DNA of 64,000 nucleotides from Eledone cirrhosa (Eukaryota): NCBI GenBank assembly GCA_964016885.1, contig OZ024748.1, positions 40,548,001 to 40,612,000 of the forward strand, read 5' to 3'. Shown piece by piece: positions 22,312 to 32,100 of this stretch (position 1 is its first letter; each line of letters starts with the position of its first letter). The notes under the pieces were generated by a model. It saw only the letters and a program-made list of their open reading frames with translations, ran no database searches and was not told where the DNA came from. The position numbers and the translations under genes were made by a program.

Positions 22312-25127
22312 CACTACCACCACCACCACCACCACCACCACCACCACCACCACCACCACCACCACTACTATTACTACTACTATTATTATTATTATTATTA
22401 TTCTACATTTGTGTCTACCCTCGTGCTATTTCAGTCAGTGAACTGTTTAAATACAGCCCCAAACACTCCATCAATGGGCACGATGATTTGGGTCGTATTT
22501 TCCATACTAACGTTGAAAACTGTGCCAGACTCTGTCTTAGAAATCGTTCTTGTCAATCATTTGAATATAAACGAGAACATTCCAAGTGTGACTTATCCAC
22601 AGTGACAAGTAAGACCAAAGTAATCACCCCCAGGGCAGATTGGGATCACTATGAAATAGATGAGGACGGTAAGATATTGAAATATTTCATTCAATATTGG
22701 TGTCTGGATTTAACCCTTTAGCATTTAAACTGGCTGTGTCCGGCCAGAATTCTCTCACCTCTTTCTGTTCAAACCAGCTGTAACCGGCCACTCATACTGA
22801 TATTAAGGTATTGTTCTCAAAATAAATAATATCAAATTCGCATAGATTCCATATAATGTAAGATAAAGCTTTTACTGTGAAAATACAATAATAAATATAG
22901 AGTAATGTAAATGCTAAAGGGTTAAGCACAAGGTTGGTAGTAGTATTGTGCATGTGTGTATGTGTGTATGTATGTATGTAAGTTTGTGTGTATGTATGTG
23001 TGTATGTATGAATGTGCATGTGTATGTATGTATGTATGTGTGTATATATGAGAGATGACCCCTTAGCCTTTGTCAAGGCAGAATTCTAAGAGAAGGAAAA
23101 CTCTGATATAACACCTGCAACCCTGATGGTATCCAATGATGTTGACTTGTTCTTCTTTTTGGTGAATATCATCTTGGTTAAGAGAGTGGGACTGGCTTTG
23201 TGCAGTGCTTTTGCTCACTATAAAAGCTTCTGGAGATCTCTCTGCACTTGTCATCGCATGGTACCATGGGCCCAGCACTATGTGTCAATAATTGTCACAG
23301 GTGTAGTGTTTGTACCAGAGTTTTCAAGTCGCTGGCTGGACTAAAAAGTCATACACGTTCAGCGCATCGGTAGGGGTTCTCCTACATGAATATAAAGTAG
23401 TGGCCGTACTCGAAAACGAGTTGGCAGCCACCATATATGAGTGTAAGCATGTGTGTATATGTGTGTATGTATGTATTGTGTATGTCTGTAACCAGTCACA
23501 AATGTCCCCTACCCTCTGTCAATCAGTAAACCTTAGACACTATTGTTTACCAAACCAATCCTGTGGTTGATCTAGGGCTAAACAACAGCAACCATATAGC
23601 AAAAAATATAGTTTGATTACCTCTTCCTTTAGTTTGATTCTTTTTTATTAAACCCTATTTCTATGTGAACAGATAAAGTGTTTGGTAAGGAAGGTTTATG
23701 TGAAGTAAAATGTGATGCCACAAATCCCGATATTGAAGGGGGGCATATTGCCTTAATGCCTGATGGTACACCATGTAGCCTAACTTCTAGATGGCGCTGT
23801 CTACGTGGACAATGTCTGGTAAGTAGATTTATTCCTGGCTTTATTGAGAACCAGATTGGGTGGAGGGGGCATTAACTTGACTTTATATTTTAAATCTTAC
23901 ATTTCATATTCTATATTCCATATTTTTATATTCCATATTCTATAGTCTATATTCCATAGTCTATATTCCATATTCTATATGACATATTTCTATATTCCAT
24001 ATTCTATAGTCTATATTCCATATTTCCTATTCTATATTCCATATTTCATTTTCTATATTCCATTTCATTTTCTATATTCCATATTTCATATTTCTATATT
24101 CCATATTCCATATTTCAAATTCCATATTCTATATTCCATATTCTATATTCCATATTCTATATACCATATTCCATATTCTATATTCCATATTCTATATTCA
24201 ATATTCTATATACCATATTCCATATTCTATAATCCATATTCTATATTTTATATTCCATATTCCATATTCTATATTCCATATTCTATATTCCATATTCTAT
24301 ATTCCATATTCTATATTCCATATTCTATATTCCACATTTCATATTCCATATTCAATATTCCATATTCCATATTCCATATTCTATATTCCATATTCTATAT
24401 TCCACATTTCATATTCCATATTCAATATTCCATATTCCATATTCCATATTCTATATTCCATATTCTATATTCCACATTTCATATTCCATATTCAATATTC
24501 CATATTCCATATTCCATATTCCATATTCCACATTTCATATTCCATATTCAATATTCCATATTCCATATTCTATATTCCATATTCTATATTCCATATTCTA
24601 TATTCCATATTCTATATTCCACATTTCATATTCCATATTCAATATTCCATATTCCATATTCCATATTCTATATTCCATATTCTATATTCCACATTTCATA
24701 TTCCATATTCAATATTCCATGTTCCATATTCCATATTCGATATTCTATATTCCACATTTCATATTCCATATTCTATATTCCACATTTCATATTCCATATT
24801 CTATATTCCACATTTCAGATTCCATATTACATATTCCATATTCCATATTCCATATTCTATATTCCATATTCTATATTCCACATTTCATATTCCATATTAC
24901 ATATTCCATATTCCATATTCCATATTCTATATTCCATATTCTATATTCCACATTTCATATTCCATATTCAATATTCCATATTCTATATTCTATATTCCAT
25001 ATTCTATATTCCACATTTCATATTCCATATTCAATATTCCATATTCCATATTCTATATTCTATATTCCATATTTTATATTTGTTGTCTTTCCAGAATTTT
25101 CGCACTGAAGGATATGCAGAAGTTTGA
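9190..25127 (+). CDS. Spliced ADAMTS-like M12B (reprolysin) metalloprotease gene, 15 exons, 5'-partial; catalytic, disintegrin-like, TSP1, Cys-rich with two PAN/apple domains
   Basis: All 14 introns are GT..AG with compatible phases. Joined exons total 1904 nt, open to TGA at 25125-25127. HExxH zinc motif, Met-turn, WSAWSPYSAC TSP1 and DGTPC Cys-rich motif are present. Confidence 0.92.
9483..9569 (+). CDS. ADAMTS-like exon 2
   Basis: VQYEFNKENQLGYSIKLVIKYINVFKENP; ttcag / gtaagc; phase 0-0. Confidence 0.88.
9640..10417. repeat. AT-rich minisatellite, 24-29 bp unit ATCATGAAATATATGTTGTATAAT(ATAT)
   Basis: Directly visible; interrupted near 10126-10165 by a (CAT)n + TTTACATCCGCTTTTCC SINE-tail fragment. 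Confidence 0.95.
10493..10593 (+). CDS. ADAMTS-like exon 3
   Basis: SWYKTNSFAMTLRSVCEWAAKRKLNFDHIHIIT, matching the ADAMTS LxSFCxW...D.A.L.T region; ttccag / gtgagt. Confidence 0.9.
10844..11031. repeat. Imperfect direct duplication, period about 109 bp
   Basis: TTTCCAGGGTCTAT(A/G)TTGAAAAATAAACCTCATTT...GAGAGTATCTTGGTCA occurs twice. Confidence 0.85.
11200..11279. repeat. Four 16-bp tandem repeats (CCCTTCCGGTCGAGCA) plus a fifth CTTCCGG in a GC-rich island
   Basis: Directly visible. Confidence 0.85.
11694..11819 (+). CDS. ADAMTS-like exon 4 (HExxH)
   Basis: NKNSNLLGLGGSGGICGDGKCAISKSIKWGHSNTLSHEIAH; tttcag / gtgagt; phase 2-2. Confidence 0.93.
11833..12050. repeat. Three tandem copies of a ~74-bp unit
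   Basis: GTCTACCT(A/T)GGACTACATTTTCCAGTGTG...AAATTATT(G/A)CAGCTATGA occurs three times. Confidence 0.9.
12150..12275 (+). CDS. ADAMTS-like exon 5 (third zinc His and Met-turn)
   Basis: IDIPHDDHSNCKNYTSRDGLMGNRNTGWSLCSAKYFNRWLK, including the WSxCS motif. Confidence 0.93.
12343..12603 (-). mobile_element. 5'-truncated RTE-clade LINE 3' fragment
   Basis: Minus strand reads HLRYYGHVVRMSWERIAGQILLAKPTGRRPRGKPRAR*LD, the RTE C-terminal signature, and ends in (GAA)n. Confidence 0.85.
12669..12870 (-). mobile_element. Dispersed SINE-like repeat with (GAT)n tail; seeds the 48-bp array
   Basis: (CAT)n tract, then GGTTTCTACAGCTTGATG...CTAA shared with 15027-15143; runs directly into CAACCACTTTACAGTGTGGACTGG. 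Confidence 0.65.
12843..14003. repeat. 48-bp minisatellite (about 24 copies) with a 145-bp higher-order trimer
   Basis: Unit ACCACTTTACAGTGTGGACTGGGGGCTTTTTATTGTGGCACCAACATG; a 49-bp CCAAAGTTGAT variant recurs at about 12971, 13116 and 13261. Confidence 0.95.
14102..14202 (+). CDS. ADAMTS-like exon 6 (end of catalytic domain)
   Basis: GKGKCLQEENIFFNVTKVKTTTVVNTFGNGLLP; tttcag / gtaagt. Confidence 0.88.
14331..14478 (-). mobile_element. Partial copy of the piggyBac-type MITE
   Basis: CTCATACTGAT...TTGTTCTCAAAATAAAT...AGAGTAATGTGAATGCTAAAGGG|TTAA, colinear with 22770-22925. Confidence 0.85.
14484..14617 (-). mobile_element. tRNA-derived SINE, head and core (family A)
   Basis: Minus-strand A box TGGCCTAATGG and B box GGTTCGATTCC; core shared with 16960-17180 and 18428-18683. 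Confidence 0.8.
14702..14781 (+). CDS. ADAMTS-like exon 7 (disintegrin-like domain)
   Basis: ASYTTPDDYCRMMYGRGFTSVDLYPKQ, matching LPG.Y..D.QC...FG; cacag / gtgagt. Confidence 0.88.
15027..15143 (-). mobile_element. Fragment of the same SINE-like repeat as 12669-12870
   Basis: GGGTTAGAC...TGTCCCATTGTGAGAC...TTGGTTTCTACAGCTTGATG is shared between the two. Confidence 0.75.
15173..15446 (-). mobile_element. ~275-bp hammerhead-bearing insert between two (TA)n tracts; probable Penelope-like pLTR or retrozyme fragment
   Basis: Unique sequence bounded by (TA)n on both sides and containing the ribozyme motif; no ORF support. Confidence 0.55.
15308..15372 (-). ncRNA. Type I hammerhead ribozyme motif
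   Basis: Minus strand: UAUUUUAU CUGAUGA AAGCGCACCAAG-GUUGG-CUUGGUUGCCCUU GAAA UAUAUA UA^AUAAAAUA. Perfect 8-bp stem I, long stem II, intact CUGAUGA/GAAA/UH core, minimal palindromic stem III. Confidence 0.85.
15513..16638 (-). mobile_element. 5'-truncated, internally deleted L1/Tx1 LINE related to 1916-7420
   Basis: ORF 15830-16504 aligns to the C-terminus of ORF2 (AISGDSTSTFYRGL, PGPMDNFQ, CPRC). 3' end GTGGCAAATAAAGAAA. Flanked by GTAGATAGATAGATAGATA on both sides. Confidence 0.93.
16737..16841 (+). CDS. ADAMTS-like exon 8 (disintegrin-like domain)
   Basis: KCGIIACAYLEKGNKHGLLRIGTGGIDGLPCGQQM, with DGxxCG; tttcag / gtaagc. Confidence 0.88.
16960..17180 (-). mobile_element. tRNA-derived SINE (family A)
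   Basis: B-box complement GGAATCGAACCC; core GGTACTCATTT...TGAAATGAA..GTCTTGCTCAAGAA. Confidence 0.75.
17213..17790. repeat. Composite minisatellite (~25-bp CCACTGGTCACTGACCTCTCGACCC and ~52-bp variant), block duplicated at ~282 bp
   Basis: Directly visible; CTTCAGCCATAGCTATCTAGATGACC recurs. Confidence 0.9.
18060..18223 (+). CDS. ADAMTS-like exon 9 (TSP1 domain)
   Basis: VCRSNMRCESLNETNLWVPLPVITGGWSAWSPYSACNQMCGTGVRLSTRYCNNP. Confidence 0.93.
18232..18340 (-). mobile_element. Short RTE 3'-end fragment, same family as 12343-12603
   Basis: CCCACTTATT(T/C)CTGAGAGGGT(C/T)GTGG(G/A)GGCAGAGTCCT is shared. Confidence 0.8.
18428..18683 (-). mobile_element. Near full-length tRNA-derived SINE (family A)
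   Basis: Colinear with 16960-17180 and 14484-14617; A-box complement CCACTAGGCTA. Confidence 0.78.
18752..18812 (+). CDS. ADAMTS-like exon 10 (end of TSP1)
   Basis: PFGTEWCKGSSVRAKLCNIH; ttccag / gtatgt. Confidence 0.9.
19158..19299 (+). CDS. ADAMTS-like exon 11 (start of Cys-rich domain)
   Basis: PCNRRERNVAEIIRQRASEHCALYVRHNYIDPKQFNGTGKSLSDIFS; phase 0-1. Confidence 0.88.
19443..20114. repeat. 40-bp minisatellite (about 17 copies)
   Basis: Unit ACTTGAAGACCTTCTGCTGACCAGCTCACCTGAAAGTTTT. Confidence 0.95.
20596..20829 (+). CDS. Exon 12, PAN/apple domain 1
   Basis: 234 nt, phase 1-1; DCAALCISNDKCHSFEYKRENRKCDLS gives the C-x3-C-x5-C-x11-C core; ends WDLY. Confidence 0.9.
20845..21247 (-). 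mobile_element. Two tandem copies of a tRNA-derived SINE (family B)
   Basis: TACACTAATAATTGTTTCTACTT...GGTACTTTATTTTATCGACCCC...GATTTGAACTCAG occurs twice; reverse complement of 25211-25430. Confidence 0.85.
21596..22020 (-). mobile_element. R4/Dong-like non-LTR 3' fragment (restriction-like endonuclease C-terminus plus 3' UTR)
   Basis: CLLIDMTVPIDKN...KYKDLEIEIVKMWK..TIPVIVGALG..GTAHILRKILSI*; the 3' UTR ends in (TAA)n. Confidence 0.85.
22020..22402. repeat. Compound trinucleotide microsatellite (CTA)n/(CCA)n/(TTA)n
   Basis: Directly visible; source of the poly-V, poly-T and poly-P/L ORFs. Confidence 0.97.
22435..22668 (+). CDS. Exon 13, PAN/apple domain 2
   Basis: 234 nt, phase 1-1; NCARLCLRNRSCQSFEYKREHSKCDLS...WDHY; paralogous to exon 12. 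Confidence 0.9.
22714..22921. mobile_element. Intact 208-bp piggyBac-type MITE
   Basis: TTAA at 22710-22713 and 22922-22925; perfect 14-bp TIRs CCCTTTAGCATTTA / TAAATGCTAAAGGG. Confidence 0.92.
23673..23818 (+). CDS. ADAMTS-like exon 14 (rest of Cys-rich domain)
   Basis: KVFGKEGLCEVKCDATNPDIEGGHIALMPDGTPCSLTSRWRCLRGQCL; phase 1-0. Confidence 0.9.
23900..25080. repeat. 7-bp repeat array (ATATTCC/ATATTCT)n
   Basis: Directly visible; fills the last intron. Confidence 0.96.
25095..25127 (+). CDS. Probable terminal exon 15 (NFRTEGYAEV*)
   Basis: tctttccag acceptor, phase 0, TGA, followed by AATAAA 36 nt later. Confidence 0.65.
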   Translation, partial: NFRTEGYAEV

Positions 25128-25162
25128 AGGGTTGCAATGTCGAATATATTTCATCTAATTAT

Positions 25163-25168
25163 AATAAA
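25163..25168 (+). terminator. Candidate polyadenylation signal AATAAA of the metalloprotease gene
   Basis: 36 nt after the TGA; AT-rich context lowers specificity. Confidence 0.45.
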
Positions 25169-25210
25169 TATACTTTTGATTCACTCAATTTCATTATATA
25201 TCCACCAATA

Positions 25211-25430
25211 GGGCGGCAGATTGACAGAGTCAGTTGAGTGTCGGACATCATGTTTTGCAGCATAGAGTCATGGCCCTTTACGTTCTGAGTTCAAATCCCA
25301 CCAAGGTTAACTTTGCCTTTCATCCTTACAGGGTCGATAAAATAAAGCACCAGTAATGCACTGGGGTCGATTTATTCAACTTCCCCTCCCCCAAAATTAC
25401 TGGCCTTGTGCCTTAATCAGAAATCATTAT
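25211..25430 (+). mobile_element. tRNA-derived SINE (family B)
   Basis: GGCGGCAGATTGACAGA head, B box GAGTTCAAATCC, core CTTTGCCTTTCATCCTT..GGGTCGATAAAATAAAG. Confidence 0.85.
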
Positions 25431-25760
25431 ATATTCACCAATCAAAATCAAATATATTTCTATCTAATTATAATAAATTTATTTTTGATTAAAACATTGT
25501 TAACAACATTTTCACTGTATATATTTTTTATGGTTTTGTAAATTTAACAATTTTCAAGACTGATTCCACCTTTAAAATATCATTGATTTTAATATTCAAT
25601 AACAAAGAATTTTTGTCAATTTAATTTCAAAATAATAATCAAAATTCAACTTAACCTGTGCTACGGTAAATCTTCTACAAGAATTGTCAACTTTCAGGAC
25701 ACCATAATCAGGATCAATCGTTAAAATAGTGCAAGATTGAATACCACAAATCTGTAATTA

Positions 25761-25912
25761 CTGTATTTCCCGGCGCCAAAGACGCTTTGTCCTCGAGGAC
25801 GCACCCTAATTTTGTGGAAAAATAATAAACAACCTTTGGCCTCCAGGACTCGTGGTAGATTTTTTAGACTTATTTTAGGAAAAAGTAGCATCTTCAACGC
25901 CGGGAAGGACGG
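25761..25912. mobile_element. 152-bp Tc1/mariner (Tc2-like) MITE
   Basis: TA on both flanks; imperfect 26-bp TIRs CTGTATTTCCCGGCGCCAAAGACGCT versus reverse-complemented right end CCGTCCTTCCCGGCGTTGAAGATGCT. Confidence 0.8.
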
Positions 25913-26185
25913 TATTTTGATCAAACTAGGATTTTTTTCAACACACTGGCATATATGTGTATATGTATATATATATGTGTATATATATATGTGTGTTTGT
26001 ATAGATATATGTGTGCATACATTTATATGCATGAGTATATAAATATAAACATGCAGACACACACTAACATCAGTGTAGATTGTACAAGTTGTATGGTAAG
26101 TCAGCAGTGTTCTACAGAGAAGATGGTCTCCGTAAAAAGTTTTAAAATGCCCAAGTTATGATCTATATCACTATGGTAGCCCCAC

Positions 26186-29100
26186 GACTTCATCGGAGGT
26201 TACAGGTCCTTATATTACTGGATTCATCAGAGGTTACAGGTCACTATATTACTGGACTTCATCAGGAGTTGCAGCTCCTTATATTACTGGACTTCATCAG
26301 AGGTTACAGGACCTTATATTACTGGATTCATCAGAGGTTACAGGTCACTATATTACTGGACTTCATCAGAGGTTACAGGTCCTTATATTACTGGACTTCA
26401 TCAGCAGTTACAGGTCCCTATATTACTGGACTTCATCAGAGGTTACAGGTCTTTATATTACTGGACTTCATCAGAGGTTACAGGTCTTTATATTACTGGA
26501 CTTCATCAGGAGTTACAGGTCCCTATATTACTGGACTTTATCAGAGGTTACAGGTCCCTATAATACTGGACTGCATCAGAGGTTTCAGGTCCTTATATTA
26601 CTGGACTCATCAAAGGTTACAGGGCCCTATATTACTGGACTACATCAGGAGTTACAGGTCCCAATATTACTGGACATCATCAGGAGTTACAGGTCCTTAT
26701 ATTACTGGACTTCATCAGGAGTTACAGGTCCTTATATTACTGGACATCATCAGGAGTTACAGGACCTTATATTACTGGATTCATCAGAGGTTACAGGTCC
26801 CTATATTACTGGACTTCATCAGGAGTTGCAGCTCCTTATATTACTGGACTTCATCAGAGGTTACAGGACCTTATATTACTGGACTTCATCAGAGGTTACA
26901 GGTCCTTATATTACTGGATATCATCAGAGGTTACAGGTCCTTATATTACTGGACTTCATCAGAGGTTACAGGTCCCAATATTACTGGACATCATCAGGAG
27001 TTACAGGTCCTTATATTACTGGACTTCATCAGGAGTTACAGGTCCTTATATTACTGGACTTCATCAGGAGTTACAGGTCCTTATATTACTGGACTTCATC
27101 AGGAGTTACAGGTCCTTATATTACTGGACTTCATCAGGAGTTACAGGTTCCTATATTACTGGACTTCATCAGGAGTTACAGGTCCTTATATTACTGGACT
27201 TCATCAGGAGTTACAGGTCCTTATATTACTGGACTTCATCAGGAGTTACAGGTCCTTATATTACTGGACTTCATCAGGAGTTACAGGTCCTTATATTACT
27301 GGACTTCAACAGAGGTTACAGGTCCCTATATTACTGGACTTCATCAGAGGTTACAGGTCCCAATATTACTGGACTTCATCAGGAGTTACAGGTCCCTATA
27401 TTACTGGACTTCATCAGGAGTTACAGGTCCCTATGTTACTGGACTTCATCAGAGGTTACAGGTCCCTATATTACTGGACTTTGTCAGAGGTTACAGGTCC
27501 TTATATTACTGGACTTCATCAGGAGTTACAGGTCATTATATTACTGGACATCATCAGGAGTTACAGGACCTTATATTACTGGATTCATCAGAGGTTACAG
27601 GTCACTATATTACTGGACTTCATCAGGAGTTGCAGCTCCTTATATTACTGGACTTCTTCAGAGGTTACAGGTCCTTATATTACTGGACTACATCAGAGGT
27701 TACAGGTCCTTATATTACTGGACTTCATCAGAGGTTACAGGTCCTTATATTACTGGACTTCATCAGAGGTTACAGGTCCTTATATTACTGGACTTCATCA
27801 GAGGTTACAGGTCCTTATATTACTGGACTTCATCAGAGGTTACAGGTCCTTATATTACTGGACTTCATCAGAGGTTACAGGTCCTTATATTATTGGACTT
27901 CATCAGAGGTTACAGGTCCTTATATTACTGGACTTCATCAGAGGTTACAGGTCCTTATATTACTGGTCATCATCAGGAGTTACAGGTCCCAATATTACTG
28001 GACATCATCAGGAGTTACAAGTCCTTATATTACTGGACTTCATCAGGAGTTACAGGTCCCAATATTACTAGACATCATCAGGAGTTACAGGTCCCAATAT
28101 TACTGGACATTATCAGGAGTTACAGGTCCTTATATTACTGGACATCATCAGGAGTTACAAGTCCTTATATTACTGGACATCATCAGGAGTTACAAGTCCT
28201 TATATTACTGGACATCATCAGGAGTTACAGGTCCCAATATTACTAGACATTATCAGGAGTTACAGGTCCCAATATTACTGGACATCATCAGGAGTTACAG
28301 GTCCTTATATTACTGGACTTCATCAGGAGTTACAGGTCCTTATATTACTGGACTTCATCAGGAGTTACAGGTTCCTATATTACTGGACTTCAACAGAGGT
28401 TACAGGTCCCTATATTACTGGACTTCATCAAGAGTCACAGGTCCCAATATTACTGGACATCATCAGGAGTTACAGGTCCTTATATTACTGGACTTCATCA
28501 GGAGTTACAGGACCTTATATTACTGGATTCATCAGAGGTTACAGGTCACTATGTTACTGGACTTCATCAGAGGTTACAGGGCCTTATATTACTGGACTTC
28601 ATCAGGAGTTGCAGCTCCTTATATTTCTGGACTTCATCAGAGGTTACAGGTCCTTATATTACTGGACTTCATCAGGAGTTACAGGTTCCTATATTACTGG
28701 ACTTCAACAGAGGTTACAGGTCCCTATATTACTGGACTTCATCAGGAGTTGCAGCTCCTTATATTTCTGGACTTCATCAGAGGTTACAGGTCCTTATATT
28801 ACTGGACTTCATCAGGAGTTACAGGTTCCTATATTACTGGACTTCAACAGAGGTTACAGGTCCCTATATTACTGGACTTCATCAGGAGTTGCAGCTCCTT
28901 ATATTTCTGGACTTCATCAGAGGATACAGGGCCTTATATTACTGGACTTCATCAGGAGTTGCAGCTCCTTATATTTCTGGACTTCATCAGAGGTTACAGG
29001 TCCTTATATTACTGGACTTCATCAGGAGTTACAGGTTCCTATATTACTGGACTTCAACAGAGGTTACAGGTCCCTATATTACTGGACTTCATCAAGAGTT

Positions 29101-32100
29101 ACAGGTCATTATATTACTGGACTTCATCAGAGGTTACAGGTCCTTATATTACTGGACTTCATCAGGAGTTACAGGTCCCTATGTTACTGGACTTCATCAG
29201 AGGTTACAGGTCCCTATATTACTGGACTTCATCAGGAGTTGCAGCTCCTTATATTTCTGGACTTCATCAGAGGTTACAGGTACTTATATTACTGGATTCA
29301 TCAGAGGTTACAGGTACTTATATTACTGGACTTCATCAGAGGTTACAGGTCCCAATATTACTGGACATCATCAGGAGTTACAGGTCCTTATATTACTGGA
29401 CTTCATCAGGAGTTACAGGTTCCTATATTACTGGACTTCAACAGAGGTTACAGGTCCCTATATTACTGGACTTCATCAGAGGTTACAGGTCCTTATATTA
29501 CTGGACTTCATCAGAGGTTACAGGTCCCAATATTACTGGACATCATCAGGAGTTACAGGTCCTTATATTACTGGACTTCATCAGGTGTTACAGGTCACTA
29601 TGTTACTGGACTTCATCAGAGGTTACAGGTCCCTATATTACTGGACTTCATCAGAGGTTACAGGTCCCTATATTACTGGACTTTATCAGAGGTTACAGGT
29701 TCTCATATTAGTGGACTTCATCAGGATTTAAAAGTCCCTATATTATTGGACTTCATCAGAGGTTACAGGTCCTTATATTACTGGACTTCATCAGGAGTTA
29801 CAGGTCCCTATGTTACTGGACTTAATCAGAGGTTACAGGTCCCTATATTACTGGACTACATCAGAGGTTTCACGTCCTTATATTACTGGACTCATCAAAG
29901 GTTACAGGGCCCTATATTACTGGACTTCATCAGCAGTTACAGGTCCCAATATTACTGCACATCATCAGGAGTTACAGGTCCCTATATTACTGGACTTCAT
30001 CAGGAGTTACAGGTCCCTATATTACTGGACTTCATCAGAGGTTACAGGTCCTTATATTACTGGACTGATCAGAGGTTACAGGTCCTTATATTACTGGACT
30101 TCATGAGGAATTACAGGTCCCTATATTACTGGACTTCATCAGAGGTTACAGGTCGCTATATTACTGGACTTCATCAGAGGTTTACAGGTCCCTATATTAC
30201 TGGACTTTATCAGGACTTACAGGTACTTATATTAGTGGACTTCATCAGGAGTTACAGGTCCCTATATTACTGGACTTCATCAGAGGTTACAGGTCCTTAT
30301 ATTACTGGACTTCATCAGAGATTACAGGTCCCTATATGACTGGATTTCATCAGAGGTTACAGGTCCCTATATTACTGGACTTCATCAGGATTTAAAAGTC
30401 CCTATATTATTGGACTTCATCAGAGGTTACAGGTCCTTATATTGCTGGACTTCATCAGATGTTACAGGTCCTTATATTACTGGACTTCATCAGGAGATTC
30501 AAGTCCCTATATTACTGGACTTCATCAGAGGTTACAGGTACTTATATTACTGGACTTCATCAGAGGTTACAGGTCCCAATATTACTGGACATCATCAGGA
30601 GTTACAGGTCCTTATATTACTGGACTTCATCAGGAGTTACAGGTTCCTATATTACTGGACTTCATCAGAGGTTACAGGTCCCTATATTACTGGACTTCAT
30701 CATAGGTTACAGGTCCCTATATTACTGGACTTCATCTGAGGTTACAGGACCTTATATTACTGGAGTTCATCAGGAGTTAATGGTCCCTATATTACTGGAC
30801 TTCATCAGGAGATACAGGTCCCTATATTACTGGACTTCATCAGAGGTTACAGGTACTTATATTACTGGACTTCATCAGAGGTTACAGGTCCCTATATTAC
30901 TGGACTTCATCAGAGGTAACAGGTTCTTATATTACTGAACATCATTAGAGGTTACAGGTCCTTATATTACTGGGCTTCAGCAGGAGATACAAGTCCCTAT
31001 ATTACTGGATTTCATCAGAGGTTACAGGTCCTTATATTACTGGACTTCATCAGAGGTTACAGGTCCTTATATTACTGGACTTCATCAGTCGTTACAGGTC
31101 TTATTTTACTGGAATTTATCAGAGGTTACAGCTCCTTATATTACTGGACTTCATCAGAGATTACAAGTCCCTATATTACTGGACTTCATCAGGAGTTACA
31201 GGCCCTTATATTACTGGACTTCATCAGAGGTTACAGTACCCTATATTACTGGACTTCATCAGAGGTTACAGGTCCCTATATTACTGGACTTCATAAGAGG
31301 TTCCAGATCCTTATATTACTGGACTTCATCAGAATTTACAGTCCCTTATATTAATGGACTTCATCAGGAGTTACAGGTCCTTATATTACTGGACTTCATC
31401 AGGAGTTACAGGTCCCTATATTACTGGACTTCATCAGAGGTTACAGGTCCCTATATAACTGGAATTCATCAGAGGTTACAGGTCCCTATATTACTGGACT
31501 TCATCAGGAGATACAGGTCCCCATATTGCTGGATTTCATCAGAGGTTACAGGTCCTTATATTAATGGACTTCATCAGGAGTTACAGGTCCTTATATTACT
31601 GGACTTCATCAGGAGTTACAGGTCTTTATATTACTGGACTTCATCAGAGGTTACAGGTATTTATATTACTGGACTTCATCAGAGGTTATAGGTATTTATA
31701 TTACTGGACTTCATCAGAGGTTACAGGTCCCTATATTACCGGACTTCATCAGAGGCTACAGGTCCTTATATTACTGGACTTCATCAGGAGTTACAGGTCC
31801 CTATATTACTCGACTTCATCAGAGGTTACAGGTCCCTATATTACTGGACTTCATCAGAGGTAACAGGTTCTTATATTACTGGATATTATCAGATGTTACA
31901 GGTCCTTATATTACTGGACTTCCTCAGAGGTTACATGTCCCTATATTACTAAACATCATCAGGAGTTACAGGTCCTTATATTACTGGAATTCATCAGGAG
32001 TTACAGGTCCTTATATTACTGGACGTCATCAGAGGTTACAGGTCCTTATATTACTGGACTTCATCAGAGACTATAGGTCCCTATATTACTGAACTTCATC

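Noticed and set aside
21745-22721. Poly-Val, poly-Thr and poly-Pro/Leu proteins
   Set aside because: Trinucleotide microsatellite fused in silico to a retroelement fragment or to the PAN2 exon.
23979-25108. 382-aa IPYSIFH repeat protein
   Set aside because: Translation of the 7-bp repeat; only the last 33 nt (25095-25127) follow a splice acceptor.
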